64,000 bases of DNA. Source: Lophium mytilinum. Taxonomy: Eukaryota. Of the stretch, positions 25,523-38,004 are shown piece after piece. The notes beneath the pieces were generated by a model. The model was not told the origin of the DNA. It worked only from the letters and a program-made list of their open reading frames with translations, and searched no databases. A program made the position numbers and the translations under genes. How positions within the stretch are numbered: position 1 is the first letter of the stretch; each line of letters begins with the position of its first letter. The stretch is from assembly GCA_010093605.1 (NCBI GenBank), contig MU004191.1, positions 1,844,816-1,908,815 of the forward strand, written 5' to 3'.

Positions 25523-26275
25523 TCATTTCCACAAGGCATCATGAAAATCCCACTCTGGGAACGTCTCCCGTAACAGAGGAAGCCTCTCAGGCCATTCCGA
25601 TTCAACGGAAATCGTTTCAGCCCGCCTGACGAGAACCCGCCTTTCAAGAGGAGATTTCTCGTCTACATCAATATCAAATCCCCAAGTAAGACCAGTTCCT
25701 GGGATCACCGACACATTCTTGGTGAATCCCGCATCGTTCAACACGCATAAAAAGGCTTGGGCAGTCCAAACTACCGCCTCGTTCTTCCCATCGACAGCTA
25801 ATTCAATGGCTGGTGCATCAAAGACCGTCGGGTTGATTCCCCAATACCCAAATGGAGTGTTGATATCCTGCGCGTATGGGTACGCGTCCATTGTCCAATT
25901 CCCGGCATCTCCGCTTTTCGGAACCTGCTTAATGAATTGGATCCATCCGAACAGGGAGGCGTATCCCGAGGCCGGATTTGATGGAATAGGGTAGGTTATG
26001 TCGCCTTGGAGGACGGGAAAGCCGTGGAATTGGTGAGCGAGTTGTGAAGGAGCAACGTCGGGGTAGATAAGGTCGAGACCGAATGCATGCTTGTTGTCAT
26101 CGTTTGGTTGGATGGTTATGCAAATGAGACCACCGTGGGAGCGGGACTCGAAGGGGAGCTCAAAGTGTTGCACGCTTTCGTCGTAGGTGTGTGCTGAGCC
26201 TGGATAAGGCTTGCAGTGTGAAGGTTTTGCGAATATGCCAACAGCAAGTGCGTAGAGGAAGATAGTGCGAAACAT
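25523..26275 (-). CDS. Intronless secreted hypothetical protein (250 aa)
   Basis: Clean ORF with signal peptide and aromatic/Gly motifs (GYASLFGWIQF, PFGYWGINPTVFDAP, GLTWGFD, LRETFPEW). Confidence 0.7.
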   Translation of the reverse strand: MFRTIFLYALAVGIFAKPSHCKPYPGSAHTYDESVQHFELPFESRSHGGLICITIQPNDDNKHAFGLDLIYPDVAPSQLAHQFHGFPVLQGDITYPIPSNPASGYASLFGWIQFIKQVPKSGDAGNWTMDAYPYAQDINTPFGYWGINPTVFDAPAIELAVDGKNEAVVWTAQAFLCVLNDAGFTKNVSVIPGTGLTWGFDIDVDEKSPLERRVLVRRAETISVESEWPERLPLLRETFPEWDFHDALWK

Positions 26276-27402
26276 GGTAAGGCAGTATTTAGTAGAGACG
26301 GTGCTTGTTGTCTAAGTATCGAGATGCTTTCAAGAAGCATTAGGTGTTATATATACTCGATCCCATGAGCTCGTTCCGGAGCCCCGAAGCTGTGTTCCCT
26401 GCGTCGGATAGCTCGTGGCTTGTAGAATATGGGAATGATCGGTCCCTGGCCTGGACTAAGAACTCAAGAGAGCATGCAGCTCGTACGTATTACGGATGCC
26501 GCGACCGTTGTGTTAGTCTAGTGCTGATGTATAGCCCTCCGGCTGCGTGGTGTTGCAAGCAACCGTTGTGAGTACTTAGGTTGAATGTGCTTAGCGCCCC
26601 GATCTCTGAATGCTGATTGGCCTGCTCGTTCAACTGTTGGTTGTCTGTCTCGTCATTGGTTAACGTCGAGCCGTGCGCCGTAGTAGTAGCGCTCCCTGTG
26701 TGAGTGCACACGCCAGGAGCTGAAGTGCATGTACCGGAAGCGTTGTACATAGCTACCTTACTATGGCGTAGCGCAGTGAGTTCATTTCCGTTGGGATAGC
26801 CCTGGCCCGGGCAGATGAAAGCTCTGCCTGTGCGAACAATTTGTCTTACGGCCATATCTTGAATACTCCAGGTCGGTCAGAATCATAAAGTAGACACGAA
26901 CGGCAGAGCGGTGTAAGAGCATCTTTTAAAGAGATGGGTCGTGCGTTCTGATAATCTGTGGCTAGGAACCAGAAGCTCGCTTGTTAGTCAGCGAATGTCT
27001 CAAATCAAATAGGTCTCACTAAGGAAGCGATCGAGCAACGACACTCAATCCATAGATTTGTTGGGGGCTAACGATCTGGCTACGTGGAGCTTATAGCACT
27101 ATTCATTCCCAGAGCAGACTTATAATACTTACGAAGGGTCCAGGGAAATATTCTAGTACTAGAGCTCTACGAAGGCGTCTGTTTTTACCTTAGCAAGTAT
27201 CTCCTACACCCTGCTTCGTGTAGCCAATTGAAGCGGAACGGTCGTAATAAGCTTTTGCATTTCCCGTGGTCGCGCAGTCGGCTGCGATAGGCAAATGATC
27301 GACAAGAAGTCCTGGAATGTCCCTACTGAGGGATCTTTTGAGCCCTTACGTACGCGACGGATTGACAATCTCTTGCTCCTTCAGCATCAAAGACCTTGAT
27401 TC

Positions 27403-27466
27403 GAATTCAGTCTGGTATCCGTTTCAGCTTGATAGAATTTAGTCTGGTATCCGTTTCAACTTGATA
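27403..27466. repeat. 32-bp direct tandem duplication
   Basis: gaattcagtctggtatccgtttcagcttgata is followed by gaatttagtctggtatccgtttcaacttgata (two transitions). Confidence 0.9.
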
Positions 27467-28413
27467 GTATGTGAACATACACCTAGAAATTTGTGTGGGT
27501 TCCAAGAGCTTGTAGCTTACCGGGTGCCGGTCACTAACCCGGCTTCTTCGCGTAATAGTAGCGCTAGATTAGTGAGCATAGATGGCCGCATTGACACGCA
27601 ATAAGGGCGATCTTTTTCCCTGGCCTGGGCTCACAGGTTAAGATTTCTGACGGTAGGTATTAGACATTTCAGTCCAAAACATATATACAGTATTTGATCG
27701 ACACGCGTTGTGGACGGATATGTGGAAAGCTCGAACAGTGGCATCTCTTTTCTTGTCATGGTTCTTCGAAGTAGAGGAGATGGACTGGCTCAAGATGTTT
27801 CGGGAAGCCAATGTTGCGAAAAGTTGAACATCGTCCCTGTTCTTCTGCGAGTAAGTCGTTTACGCAGGCGGAGAAGGGCGGAGTCGGTTTGTTAGAGTTG
27901 AAGCTTGGAAGGGTGAGGCTGAGGCGGGGGTCTTCGATAGGTATGGAGGTGTAGAAACACGTGATCTAGAACGATTCGCTAGCACCGGCAGTATACTCGC
28001 CCTTCTCTGAATCTTGGAGGAGTATTCGAAATTGTAGTGCAAATGGTAAGTGTGTCGTGATGCGAGGCGGAGTTGCATTTGAGGTGGGCGCTCGCGGAAC
28101 GGTTGGGCGGTGAGGCTGCTGATCACGACAACGGCGTCAATTGAGACTAAGCATGTTCTCAAGGGACTGCTCAAATCATGAGCATAGTTGCGCACCCTAC
28201 CTACCTGTAGATTTGGTATTGTGGTCTCCGAAGGGAAACAGTCGGTACGAAGGATCTGCTGCTCGAGGAAGATAGGCACGGGATTTCACGGCTCCTTGTC
28301 CAATGGCGCTGATACCAAACAAACGAAAGGTGACATTCAGTCTTTGATTGTGCTTCAAGGTATTCAGCCCACTTCTTAATATATACAGTTCCGCAGATCC
28401 TCTACGACAAATC

Positions 28414-28979
28414 TCACGGGTAAGTATCTTCGCCCGGTTTCTTGGCCTGGGTATGTATTAGTTATCATCTTCCATGAACAACACAGCGTCATCCCAAACT
28501 CACAAGTAGCACACTGGGTCCTCCAAGTTCGACCTCCAAACCATCCGGGAACGTCCGCGGCACGGCCTTTTTATCTGGGTAGAACATCTTCACCGTCAAG
28601 CCCAAGCCCACCACGCTCAGTATGAATGTGCCCATCAGCACACCACCCCAGCCTGCTCCAAAGTGGCGATATTCCTCGGGCGAGAAGACACCTAGGATGT
28701 CGTTGTCCTCATGCACGGGCTCGTTGTAGTTGCGGCGCTCCTGCTTGTCCCACCAGTCGCCGTAGGGGTCGCGGAGTTGGCGCTTGATGGGAGGGGGTTG
28801 TTCGTAGCCGCCGTTCTGGGACAAGTTAGTGAGCGGTCGAATAAGACATGGAAGCGGCGGACCATATTGGGGTCTTCGATGTCGGCCTGGGTGATGTTGC
28901 GGATCTGGGTGAGGGATGGACGGGTGGTGGGGAGAACCCGGGTCAGCGGGCGCGCCGCGGCGATGCGGCGGGAGAGCAT
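28414..28979 (-). CDS. NDUFB8: NADH:ubiquinone oxidoreductase ASHI subunit (complex I NDUFB8)
   Basis: Mitochondrial presequence MLSRRIAAARPL, then DPNM|NGGY...KRQLRDPYGDWWDKQERRNYNEPVHEDNDILG, one TM and YPDKKAVPRTFPDGLEVELGG. Two introns; ends AKKPGEDTYP. Confidence 0.92.
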
Positions 28980-29557
28980 CTGGAGGTGTTCAGCTGACTG
29001 CGGTGGATGCAATTGGGGTGCGGCTGAGGCGGGAGACGTACGTTGGCAGTGGGAATGCCGTCGGTGGTGATGCGGAGAGTGATGAGGATGTGATGGAAGT
29101 GATCGCGGATTACATAACACACATCACGTGAAGAAGGCTAGGATACTTCGTACCGCGCGCGATGCATCTCGGGAAGCATCACGAAGGCGATAATGGATAT
29201 GCAGACAGTTCAATAAGCTCTTCGTAGTCTCCTCAAATGTATGAGACGGTCACATGGTCCTATTGAAATGATACAGTGAATATAGTGCAGCGTTCTTTGA
29301 GGCGGATCGCCAAGGAGCCAGCAGCCTTTTTGGCGGTTGCGCGGACGTCTTTTTCGATTCCTCCAACATAACCAGCCAACGCCGCCTCGTCGCCCGTAAC
29401 TCCCCGCCACAAGCTCCAAGTGATGCCAGACTTCTTCACTGCAAACTTCCGCCATCCCTCCACCGATCGGTACTACATTCGACACTGCACCTGAGCGTCT
29501 GCGTTGGCAAGTAGTGGTCTGTTGTCTTCAGGATCGCCCTTGCGCGTCACTCTGGAG
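28980..29557. promoter_or_regulatory. Compact divergent promoter region between NDUFB8 and SWR1
   Basis: 578 bp between two head-to-head start codons. Inferred from gene layout only. Confidence 0.5.
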
Positions 29558-32500
29558 ATGAGCGGCGGAACGCTGCCTGTCAAACACGACAACACTCCCC
29601 ACAATCACGTCGATGGCGCCCTCAACCCGCCACCGCCCACCGACGAGCCCGCCGCCGACACCCCCGAGACTCATACAAATGGCTGCCGCAGGGCTGGCGA
29701 CGACGTGGCGACGCCCGTCAATGGCGACGAGGGGGGCGTTGCGGAGCAGAGGCCGGCCAAGAAGCGCAAGCTGGATGACCTCACGACGCGGCCGCGCTCC
29801 ATCTCGCGCGCCGTGTCGCCGCCCTGGAAGTCGTCCGTCGTCGATGGGCCGACTACTGTCATCGTCGACGGCAAGCGGAAGTCGACTCGATTCAATCCCC
29901 TCACCCCCGAGGCCGCGCCTGAGCCTGTGAAGCGGCCGACACGCGCCCAAGCAAGCAAGCCCGTCAATGTCAATGGCAGCGCGGGCAAGCAGAATGGCCA
30001 CCGTGTTGCCTCGACGCCGCTGCCGACCAAGATCAGCAAGACGTACGGTTCTCTGCGCAAGACGCCCTCCGCTGCCTCCCTCAAGGCCACCCCCCAGAGC
30101 CCCTCCCACCGCCCGCGCAAGGCCTCCGACGCCCACACCACACCTTCACTCCCCAACGGAGACGCCGCGCCCGTCAAGAGAGGACCAGGCCGGCCCCGCA
30201 AGTATCCTCTACCAGCTACGCCCGAAGTCAAGAAGAAGAAGCCGCGACCTCACCGTGCAAGCGACGCCTCCGAGCCCGCGACCCCCAACGGCTTTCACGA
30301 CGACTCCCAGGATGATATGCCTCCTCCGTCAGGTCCGACACCCCGACTAAAGCTGAAGCTCAAGACTCCCGACCCCATCATGCGGCACCCCGGGCACACT
30401 CCACAACCCAAGTTTGCCTCACTGGCTGACTTTCTCGAGCACGACGACCCACTCGCAGACGAGGACCTGGGCACATCTAACCAGTACTTGTACCCCCGCA
30501 CCGAGAAACAGATCCAACGCGAGGTGGATGTGCGTTTGCGCATTCTGGAAGCTGCCGAGCACGGAGTCTTGAGCCGAGAACGATCCAAGGTCTGGCTATC
30601 CGAACCCGCCAAGGAACCGCCCCAAGTCTATGGCCAATACGAATATGTCGTCGCACACGCTCTACACTTTGGGAAGCTGCTGAAGAGAGAGAAGGAGAAC
30701 CACAAGCGGCTGGCGAAGCGACTGGCACAGGAAGCTGTGGAAAAATGGAGCAAGAGGTTCAAGAAGGTATCCAAGGAGGAGCTCCACCGAGAGGAGCTCA
30801 AGGCCAACAAGATCCGAGCCAAACAGTTGATCACCGACCTGCAGCACTCATGGAAGATGGCCAAGATGGAGGTTGACCAAGCTCGAATCGCGCGATGGCA
30901 AGAGGAGCAGGATCGACAGGGCAAAGAGGTTATGGAGAGCATGGTCGAGCAGGCGAAGGCGGTTCTGGGCAAAGCTCGACTGGAAAATGCTGGCTCCGTA
31001 GCCGTCAGCGAAGACGAGGATACCGAAGACGGGGATACCCGCATAGAGTCGACTGACGAAGAAGACCACGTCCTGTCTGACTCTGGGGATGATGAGGAGG
31101 ATGATGGTCGAGATGATGATCAGAATCTAACTGATGAGCAGTTGCATGAGAAATACAGGGAGCTGCCGAATCTGCCTTCTGACGACGATGAGGAGGTGGA
31201 GGATAAGATCAGAGGCCACGAGATTGAATCTGGAGCCGACGAGGACGAGGACGACCAGACGTCTAGGTTCGAACAAGATGACGATGGCACACAAGACGTT
31301 GATGACGCATCGGAAATGGACCTCGTCGAGGACAAGATCCCCCTGGAGGAACCCGAGGACCTTGACGGACCGACTAGCCCTGGAACACCTAGGACCACTA
31401 TTGGCAACTACTCCATCGATGGCGGAAACGAAGACAACGAAATCGACTACTCCAATGTTGTGTTGGATGAGGTTGGCGACGCCTTGTTAGAATCATCGGA
31501 CGAAGGCACATCGGAAGAAGGCACATCGGACGACGATAGTGGCTCTGAAGTGACCGGCTACGAGGACGAGTTCGACGACGAAGACGAATCAGAAGAGCAA
31601 TCCAATCCCCTCTTCCAGCTCTTTTCCTCTACTGAAATTGCCAGGATCAAGAAGGCCAACCAAGCCGCCCTCCAGGCTAAAATAGTGGAAGCCCCTGCTG
31701 CAAACATACTGGATGAGGACGAAGACCCTTCTAAGCCTCAAGACAATGCCGACATTCCGAATGGTATGAACGGATACCACGAGACAGTGAACGCCTCCGC
31801 GGAAGAGGCATCACAGTCTCCACTCCAGAACGGTCACTATGCAGAATCCGATCATGTGCAATCGCCACTGGAAGAACACAGAAGTGTTTCAACTTCCGAA
31901 AACCACGAAAAAACAAACAGCACCCACTCAGAAGCGGATGGCGAAGTGGAGGAGATGGATATCGATCCCCCTCAACAAAACCAAGTATCTACAGGGGTTT
32001 CCCGAGCACCCTCGACAGATGCCAGAGTAGAGATACCGACAGTATTACTGAGAGGCACACTTCGAGACTATCAACACGCTGGTCTGGATTGGCTCGCGAA
32101 GCTTCACGGTGGCCACTCCAACGGCATCCTCGCAGACGAGATGGGTCTTGGGAAGACGATTCAGACGATTTCTCTGCTTGCTCATCTTGCCGTCAAAGAA
32201 AAGAATTGGGGTCCTCATCTGATAGTCGTGCCTACTAGTGTTATGCTGAACTGGGAAATGGAGTTCAAAAAATGGTGCCCAGGATTCAAGATCTTGACAT
32301 ACTATGGCGACATCAAAGAGCGACAAAACATGCGTAAAGGATGGAGAAATCAAGACTTGTACAACGTTATCATAACCTCGTATCAGCTGATTATACAGGA
32401 TGAACAGGCATTCAAGATGCGACATTGGGAGTATCTCATCCTGGACGAAGCTCACAACATCAAGAATTTCAAGACTCGACGATGGCAGACCCTCCTAGGA

Positions 32501-34633
32501 TTTCGGACGAACAATCGACTACTGTTGACTGGAACACCGCTCCAGAACAACATCGACGAGCTGTGGTCTCTGCTGTACTTCCTCATGCCTGCTGGGCTTG
32601 AAAGCGGCGACAGCCAACGAATTGCCGACCTTCAAGATTTCACCAACGCCATGAAGAAGCCCGCCAATCAGATTCTGGAACAAGGGAAGCAAGTCCTGGA
32701 CGCGGAAGGGCAAAAGATCGTTCGTCAACTTCATGAAGTACTTCGGCCCTATCTTTTACGGAGATTGAAGGCGGATGTGGAAAAGCAGATGCCTGGCAAG
32801 TACGAACACGTTGTCTACTGTCGGTTGTCTAAGCGACAACGACAGCTATACGATGGTTTCTTGGGCCGGGCCGACACGAAGGCAACTCTTGCAACTGGCA
32901 ACTACATGTCTATTATCAATTGTCTGATGTCACTTCGGAAGGTTTGCAACCACCCCGACCTGTTTGAAACTCGACAGATCGTCACATCCTTCGCTATGCG
33001 GAAGTCAGTAGTTGCAGACTTCGAGATCAAGGATCTACTCGTTCGGAGGCGATTGTTGAACGATGCTGAGAACGGGAAGGTCAATCTAGACCTCATAAAC
33101 CTCTCGTTCGTTCGTGAGCAAAACATCTCCAAGCTTCATGCGACCCGGACCCAGAAGATTCGCGCAACTAGGCCCTTGGAGGATCTCATCGAAGAGCAAA
33201 CTCGACGGACTAGCTCTGATCCTCAGCTTGATGGCTCTTCTGTCAACTCCGTGCTGGAGTACATGACCGAGAAGGAGAACATCTTTAACCTGGACCATCT
33301 GAAGAATTGCCTTCGTCTCACACGTCAACGAACGCAATTCCTTCCCGTATATGGCAAAGGCCTCTTCGATCGCCTTGACCTTAGATTACAAGACAAGCTG
33401 GGTACGCGAAAGCCTCGACGATCCATTGATGCCGCGGAATGGTATCTCAACACGACCACCAAAATTCTCGATATTGTCCCCACTCTGGGAGAACGAGCGT
33501 CTTCACTTGCTCCGATCATCCAGAAGTTCAGTTGCGTGACGCCCGCAGTTGTTGCTACTGATCTGGCGCCTCTCACTCTCTCTGCGCCGGGTACTGAAAT
33601 GGTTCGCGCCTCTCCTATCGCCCAGGCTACCAACGACCCTTTCCACGAGTCCCGCATCCGTCTCTCCATCGCCTTCCCAGACAAGCGTTTGCTTCAGTAC
33701 GATTGTGGCAAACTCCAGCGCTTAGCCATCCTTCTCCGCGACCTCCAAGCCGGTGGTCATCGTGCTCTGATCTTCACCCAGATGACAAAGGTTCTCGACA
33801 TTCTGGAGCAATTTCTCAATATCCACGGCCACCGATACCTTCGTCTCGACGGAGCCACCAAGGTCGAACAGCGTCAGATCCTAACTGACCGCTTCAACTC
33901 GGATCCGCGCATTCTCTGCTTCATCCTCTCGTCCCGCTCTGGTGGCTTGGGCATCAATCTCACAGGCGCCGACACGGTCATCTTCTACGATCTTGACTGG
34001 AATCCGGCAATGGACAAGCAGTGCCAGGATCGCTGCCATCGTATTGGCCAGACACGCGACGTGCATATCTACAAGTTCGTTAGCGAGTACACGATTGAAG
34101 CGAACATCCTACGCAAGTCGAATCAGAAGCGCCTGCTGGATGATGTCATTATCCAGAAGGGCGATTTCACGACGGACTACTTCAACCGCGTGACATGGCG
34201 CGATGCGTTTGATGAACTTGCTGATGGGCCGGTCGACGAGGCGTCCCGGGCTATGGAGCGTGTGTTGGGCGATGAAGCCGGTCTCGGCGACGTCATTCTC
34301 AGCGTTGAGGACAAGGAAGACGCTGTGGCAGCGAAGGTCGCACAAAAAGAGATTGTCGAGGAAGAAGTCGGCGACGAGGCTGATTTCACTGGCGTCGTGC
34401 CTGCCGCTGCCATGGGCGACGACGGTATCACGGATGCGGTGGGCACCGCGGAGGACGGCACGGAGGTCGTCGAGGTGGCTGGGAAGAAGGTCCGCATTGG
34501 ACGGGTGGACGACTACATGTACGCTCGTCTCCTGAGCGAGTGGATCGATATCCCGTGGGAGTATGTGCCCAAGGAGAAGAAGCGGCCGAAGAAGGGCCAG
34601 GATGTGCATCGGGTTCGGAAAAGGAAGATCTGA
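29558..34633 (+). CDS. SWR1: SWR1 chromatin-remodelling ATPase (H2A.Z exchange)
   Basis: AT-hook KRGPGRPRK, HSA-like helix, acidic tract, GILADEMGLGKTIQTI, LDEAHNIKNF, LLTGTPLQN, LRKVCNHPDLFE, long insertion, IAFPDKRLLQYDCGKLQRL, QDRCHRIGQTRDV. Confidence 0.96.
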   Translation: MSGGTLPVKHDNTPHNHVDGALNPPPPTDEPAADTPETHTNGCRRAGDDVATPVNGDEGGVAEQRPAKKRKLDDLTTRPRSISRAVSPPWKSSVVDGPTTVIVDGKRKSTRFNPLTPEAAPEPVKRPTRAQASKPVNVNGSAGKQNGHRVASTPLPTKISKTYGSLRKTPSAASLKATPQSPSHRPRKASDAHTTPSLPNGDAAPVKRGPGRPRKYPLPATPEVKKKKPRPHRASDASEPATPNGFHDDSQDDMPPPSGPTPRLKLKLKTPDPIMRHPGHTPQPKFASLADFLEHDDPLADEDLGTSNQYLYPRTEKQIQREVDVRLRILEAAEHGVLSRERSKVWLSEPAKEPPQVYGQYEYVVAHALHFGKLLKREKENHKRLAKRLAQEAVEKWSKRFKKVSKEELHREELKANKIRAKQLITDLQHSWKMAKMEVDQARIARWQEEQDRQGKEVMESMVEQAKAVLGKARLENAGSVAVSEDEDTEDGDTRIESTDEEDHVLSDSGDDEEDDGRDDDQNLTDEQLHEKYRELPNLPSDDDEEVEDKIRGHEIESGADEDEDDQTSRFEQDDDGTQDVDDASEMDLVEDKIPLEEPEDLDGPTSPGTPRTTIGNYSIDGGNEDNEIDYSNVVLDEVGDALLESSDEGTSEEGTSDDDSGSEVTGYEDEFDDEDESEEQSNPLFQLFSSTEIARIKKANQAALQAKIVEAPAANILDEDEDPSKPQDNADIPNGMNGYHETVNASAEEASQSPLQNGHYAESDHVQSPLEEHRSVSTSENHEKTNSTHSEADGEVEEMDIDPPQQNQVSTGVSRAPSTDARVEIPTVLLRGTLRDYQHAGLDWLAKLHGGHSNGILADEMGLGKTIQTISLLAHLAVKEKNWGPHLIVVPTSVMLNWEMEFKKWCPGFKILTYYGDIKERQNMRKGWRNQDLYNVIITSYQLIIQDEQAFKMRHWEYLILDEAHNIKNFKTRRWQTLLGFRTNNRLLLTGTPLQNNIDELWSLLYFLMPAGLESGDSQRIADLQDFTNAMKKPANQILEQGKQVLDAEGQKIVRQLHEVLRPYLLRRLKADVEKQMPGKYEHVVYCRLSKRQRQLYDGFLGRADTKATLATGNYMSIINCLMSLRKVCNHPDLFETRQIVTSFAMRKSVVADFEIKDLLVRRRLLNDAENGKVNLDLINLSFVREQNISKLHATRTQKIRATRPLEDLIEEQTRRTSSDPQLDGSSVNSVLEYMTEKENIFNLDHLKNCLRLTRQRTQFLPVYGKGLFDRLDLRLQDKLGTRKPRRSIDAAEWYLNTTTKILDIVPTLGERASSLAPIIQKFSCVTPAVVATDLAPLTLSAPGTEMVRASPIAQATNDPFHESRIRLSIAFPDKRLLQYDCGKLQRLAILLRDLQAGGHRALIFTQMTKVLDILEQFLNIHGHRYLRLDGATKVEQRQILTDRFNSDPRILCFILSSRSGGLGINLTGADTVIFYDLDWNPAMDKQCQDRCHRIGQTRDVHIYKFVSEYTIEANILRKSNQKRLLDDVIIQKGDFTTDYFNRVTWRDAFDELADGPVDEASRAMERVLGDEAGLGDVILSVEDKEDAVAAKVAQKEIVEEEVGDEADFTGVVPAAAMGDDGITDAVGTAEDGTEVVEVAGKKVRIGRVDDYMYARLLSEWIDIPWEYVPKEKKRPKKGQDVHRVRKRKI

Positions 34634-35290
34634 AACTCTCTTCTGCTTGCCGAGATCAATGAAAGCTGGTGTTGCGGGGGTGTGGCGGTGTTGGGTAGCC
34701 CCGTACTCTTCGGTCTGTGTATTAGTAGGTTCTTTGCTAGCGACTAGGCGCTTGGTACGGCGATGGTATGGTACCGAGATGCATAATGGATGGTTGGACG
34801 GATGTATGGGGGTTCGTGTCTGAAATGCATCCGGTTGCTGGTGTTTGGGCGTGTCGGTGTCTTGGTACGGCACGAAAACGGGGTCTGGGAGCATTAGAAT
34901 AAGAAAATGAATCAGCCATTGTATATGTAGCTTTGGTGGCAACTGCTCGAGTGGTCTGAAGTCGCTTTGGGGATTTGGTATGATGTGAAGCTATTTCGGA
35001 GAGTGCGGATTTTGACGTCGTGAAGTGAAAACTTGCCGCGCTTCTAGAGTTCCTCAGTATCTTACCACGGTCTCCAGAGCGAAGTAATCAGTAGTCTAGT
35101 TCAAAGAGTTGGAAGAACATCGCGTGAAACTTTCAGTTCCGATTCGTAACGCGCGGACTCCAACGTCTTGATATCGGAAACACGTGCTTCCGATATCCTT
35201 CAACATCATACAAGGGTACCTTTGTATGATGGTCCTAGACGACGACATGAGCGGTTTTACGGGAAACGCCAGACTCGAACATCTTGTCGT

Positions 35291-35720
35291 TCAAAGCCTC
35301 CCTTCTCGTGATATACTTTCAGCAGTATGCCTGAAACGAAAGGCTCGAAAGTATAGCGCCAAGTTCCCACAGTCGGCGTCTTCCATGCCCGATTCCGTCG
35401 CGAACTCCGGCATTCCACTCAAGAAGCACTGCAGACGTCGCGATGGGCAAGTATCCGTGCCGCTATCGCGCAATTCCAGGTCAAGGTCGTCTACGCCCAG
35501 GACACTAATGAATCCAGGGAAAATCGCGCGGATATCAAGATCCGCCAGCTTTTCCACGTGTTATGGTCTTCTACAGCCAGTCTTCGAAGTCCTCGGTTCG
35601 AGTATGCGAATCTCATACCTTGTCAATCTCCACTTTAGCCAGTCTCTGAATAGCTCGTCTATCGAGAGACCCCGTGCAGCATGCTGGATTGCAATAGAAT
35701 AATTCATCCCTTTCGCGCCG
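35291..35720 (-). pseudogene. Possible degraded gene of unknown family
   Basis: ORFs 35561-36070 and 35291-35557 share a frame and are separated by one TAA. The sequence is protein-like but has no recognisable motif. Confidence 0.3.
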
Positions 35721-36774
35721 ACGCCGCCATGGCTGTCTATCAGGCAAACACCAACCTCTACCCAAATATGCGTGTTCCTGCCAAGTCGCCATTGGAGATG
35801 GTGATCCGAGTGGCATCGAGAAAAGCCGCGGCATGCCAGGAGCAGGACCAAAGCAGGTACTCCCAGCTCTTCATGTATCAGGAATGATCGACATACAACC
35901 CCGACGCAAGCCAGCAAAATACTTCCTCTAGCCTCGGATGTGCATAACCTTGAGGGCGGAGCAAGAACATCCGCCAGAAGTAAAGTGGCGTCAGACAATT
36001 CCTTCAGAGAACGGTCGCCTACAACGATCAACTGAATGTAGCACACGAGCTGATGCCAAAGGTCCTTCACATGTAGCTCGACACGCCACGCATCATTATC
36101 GAGCTCCCAAAAGTGCTGTAGGCGAGGCCAGAGAGTCCGATTTAAAAAGTACCATCGAACTTAAAAGAGACATCAAAACTGTCTTCAAACTATACCTACT
36201 GAAATAAGCTCGCGAGCAGACTTGGTGTACTATAAAGAATGGAAAACAACTGCAATCTAGTCCCAACTGATCATTGCCAGAAGAAGGCGCCTCCGCTCTT
36301 GTTGTGTAACTCAGCCATACAGAGCCCTTCGATGATCTCTCCTCTGTATGTCGAATGTTCCTTGCAGGCTGATCAGGATTTTCGATGGGACCTGTCATTT
36401 ATGCTCCGCATCCCAGGGTCAATCAAAGTTTTCTTCTAGACGTGCAGGCACCAAGTCTCCGCATATAAAAGGTACGCATGATAGCGTAGCAGGGTTACAA
36501 TGCGGGGAAGTGATATATGAGTTCTGGGGCAGATGGTCCTGGCACCCTGTTCTCGGTATACAGACCTCGGTGGTTGAAAGAAGATGAGAAGAAAAATCGC
36601 CATCATGCACGCTATAAATGGAGCGCATATCTTGCCGTACGAGATCTTTGAAAATCATATTTCGAGTACTTTCACCAGCTGTTGCGCCATTCCCTCCTCC
36701 CTCCACTGATACAACCCCTAGTTGAAGTCTTCATCTAGTCTGTGCTTCTGTTCTAACCTCTTCGAAACCTCAAT

Positions 36775-38004
36775 ATGCATTTCAATCAAATGTTTGCTGC
36801 TCTTGCAGCATGCCTTCTTGTTTCAGCAGCACCAACACCAAGCATTGTAGATTACGCCGTGAGAATAGAGAAACGGTCTGTTCCAGGTAATCCACACACT
36901 TTCAAAGCTCGCCTTTACACACATGTCTGACAGACTTCCTAGCTTCAGTTGACGAATTCAACGAGCTTCATCGTGCGGCCCAGCTTTCTGCTGCAGCTTA
37001 TGCGGGATGTTCAAAGGGAGCTTTTGATGTTACCATAGTCCAACAAATAGACAATGCTACAACAGATACTCAGGTATTGCACAAACTCCCAGCTTTGACG
37101 TCTAATGACTGACATGAACTTAGGGGTATATTGGATACTCCCCCTCCTGGAAGAGAATTACAGTGGCATTGCGTGGATCCACAGCTTGTAGGTCTACTCA
37201 CTGAGATTTCCTTCATACTGGGAGGTCAGAAATAACTGGGGCCTGCAGTGATTGATTTCGAGAACGACCTCGATACCACTCTTGTGACGCCGACGCTCTC
37301 CGGGGTCAAGTTTCCTATCGGTGCTCAAGTCATGCATGGCATCCAAAGCCCTTGGAGTTCTGTGCATGATCTCGTCATATCCACGGTCAAATCACTCATC
37401 GTACAATATCCCGACTACACCGTAGAGGCTACAGGCCATTCTCTTGGTGGTAGCTTAACATACCTCGCGCACATCGCCCTTGCGCAGAACTTTCCCGAAA
37501 AGTCAGTCATCAGCAACGCTATGGCAGCATTCGCGATTGGCAACGCTGAGTTTGCTGCTTTTGGTGACTCACAGAAAGGTCACTTAAGGAGAGGCAACAA
37601 CCTGGGGGATGGGGTTCCTGTAGGGCAGCCTTGTTGTCTCAACTCTTTCGCTATCACGAGGCTAATTTGAAGTAGAATGATAACCCCCAATTTACGCACT
37701 ACGGAGTTGTAAGCTAATCACTCTCCCGCTTACTTCTAGCCTGGTGTACCAGACCATCCGCTTGAACAAGATCTGATTATACTGTCTAGGAGTTCTATGG
37801 CTCTGGCACGGCGGCGTCTACGGTGAAATGCACCGGCGAGCTCGACCGCACGTGCTCAGCTGGCAACAATGCGACTGGCATTACACTCGGCCATCTATCA
37901 AGCTTCGGGGTAAATGTTATCTTTGACGGTTTCGGTGGCTGTAGTAAGTCTCGTAAAGATGATGTCCAAAATTACTAACTCGCTGACTTCATTCAGAAAA
38001 CTAG
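36775..38004 (+). CDS. Secreted class 3 lipase / feruloyl-esterase-like hydrolase, multi-exon
   Basis: Signal peptide and KR propeptide site, AAQLSAAAY, TDTQ|GYIG, VALRGS, TGHSLGG nucleophile motif, GDGVP, C-terminal His region. Confidence 0.9.

Noticed and set aside
29528..34942. Long antisense and alternate-frame ORFs over SWR1 and other GC-rich genes
   Set aside because: They are shadow ORFs from codon bias, with no independent motifs.
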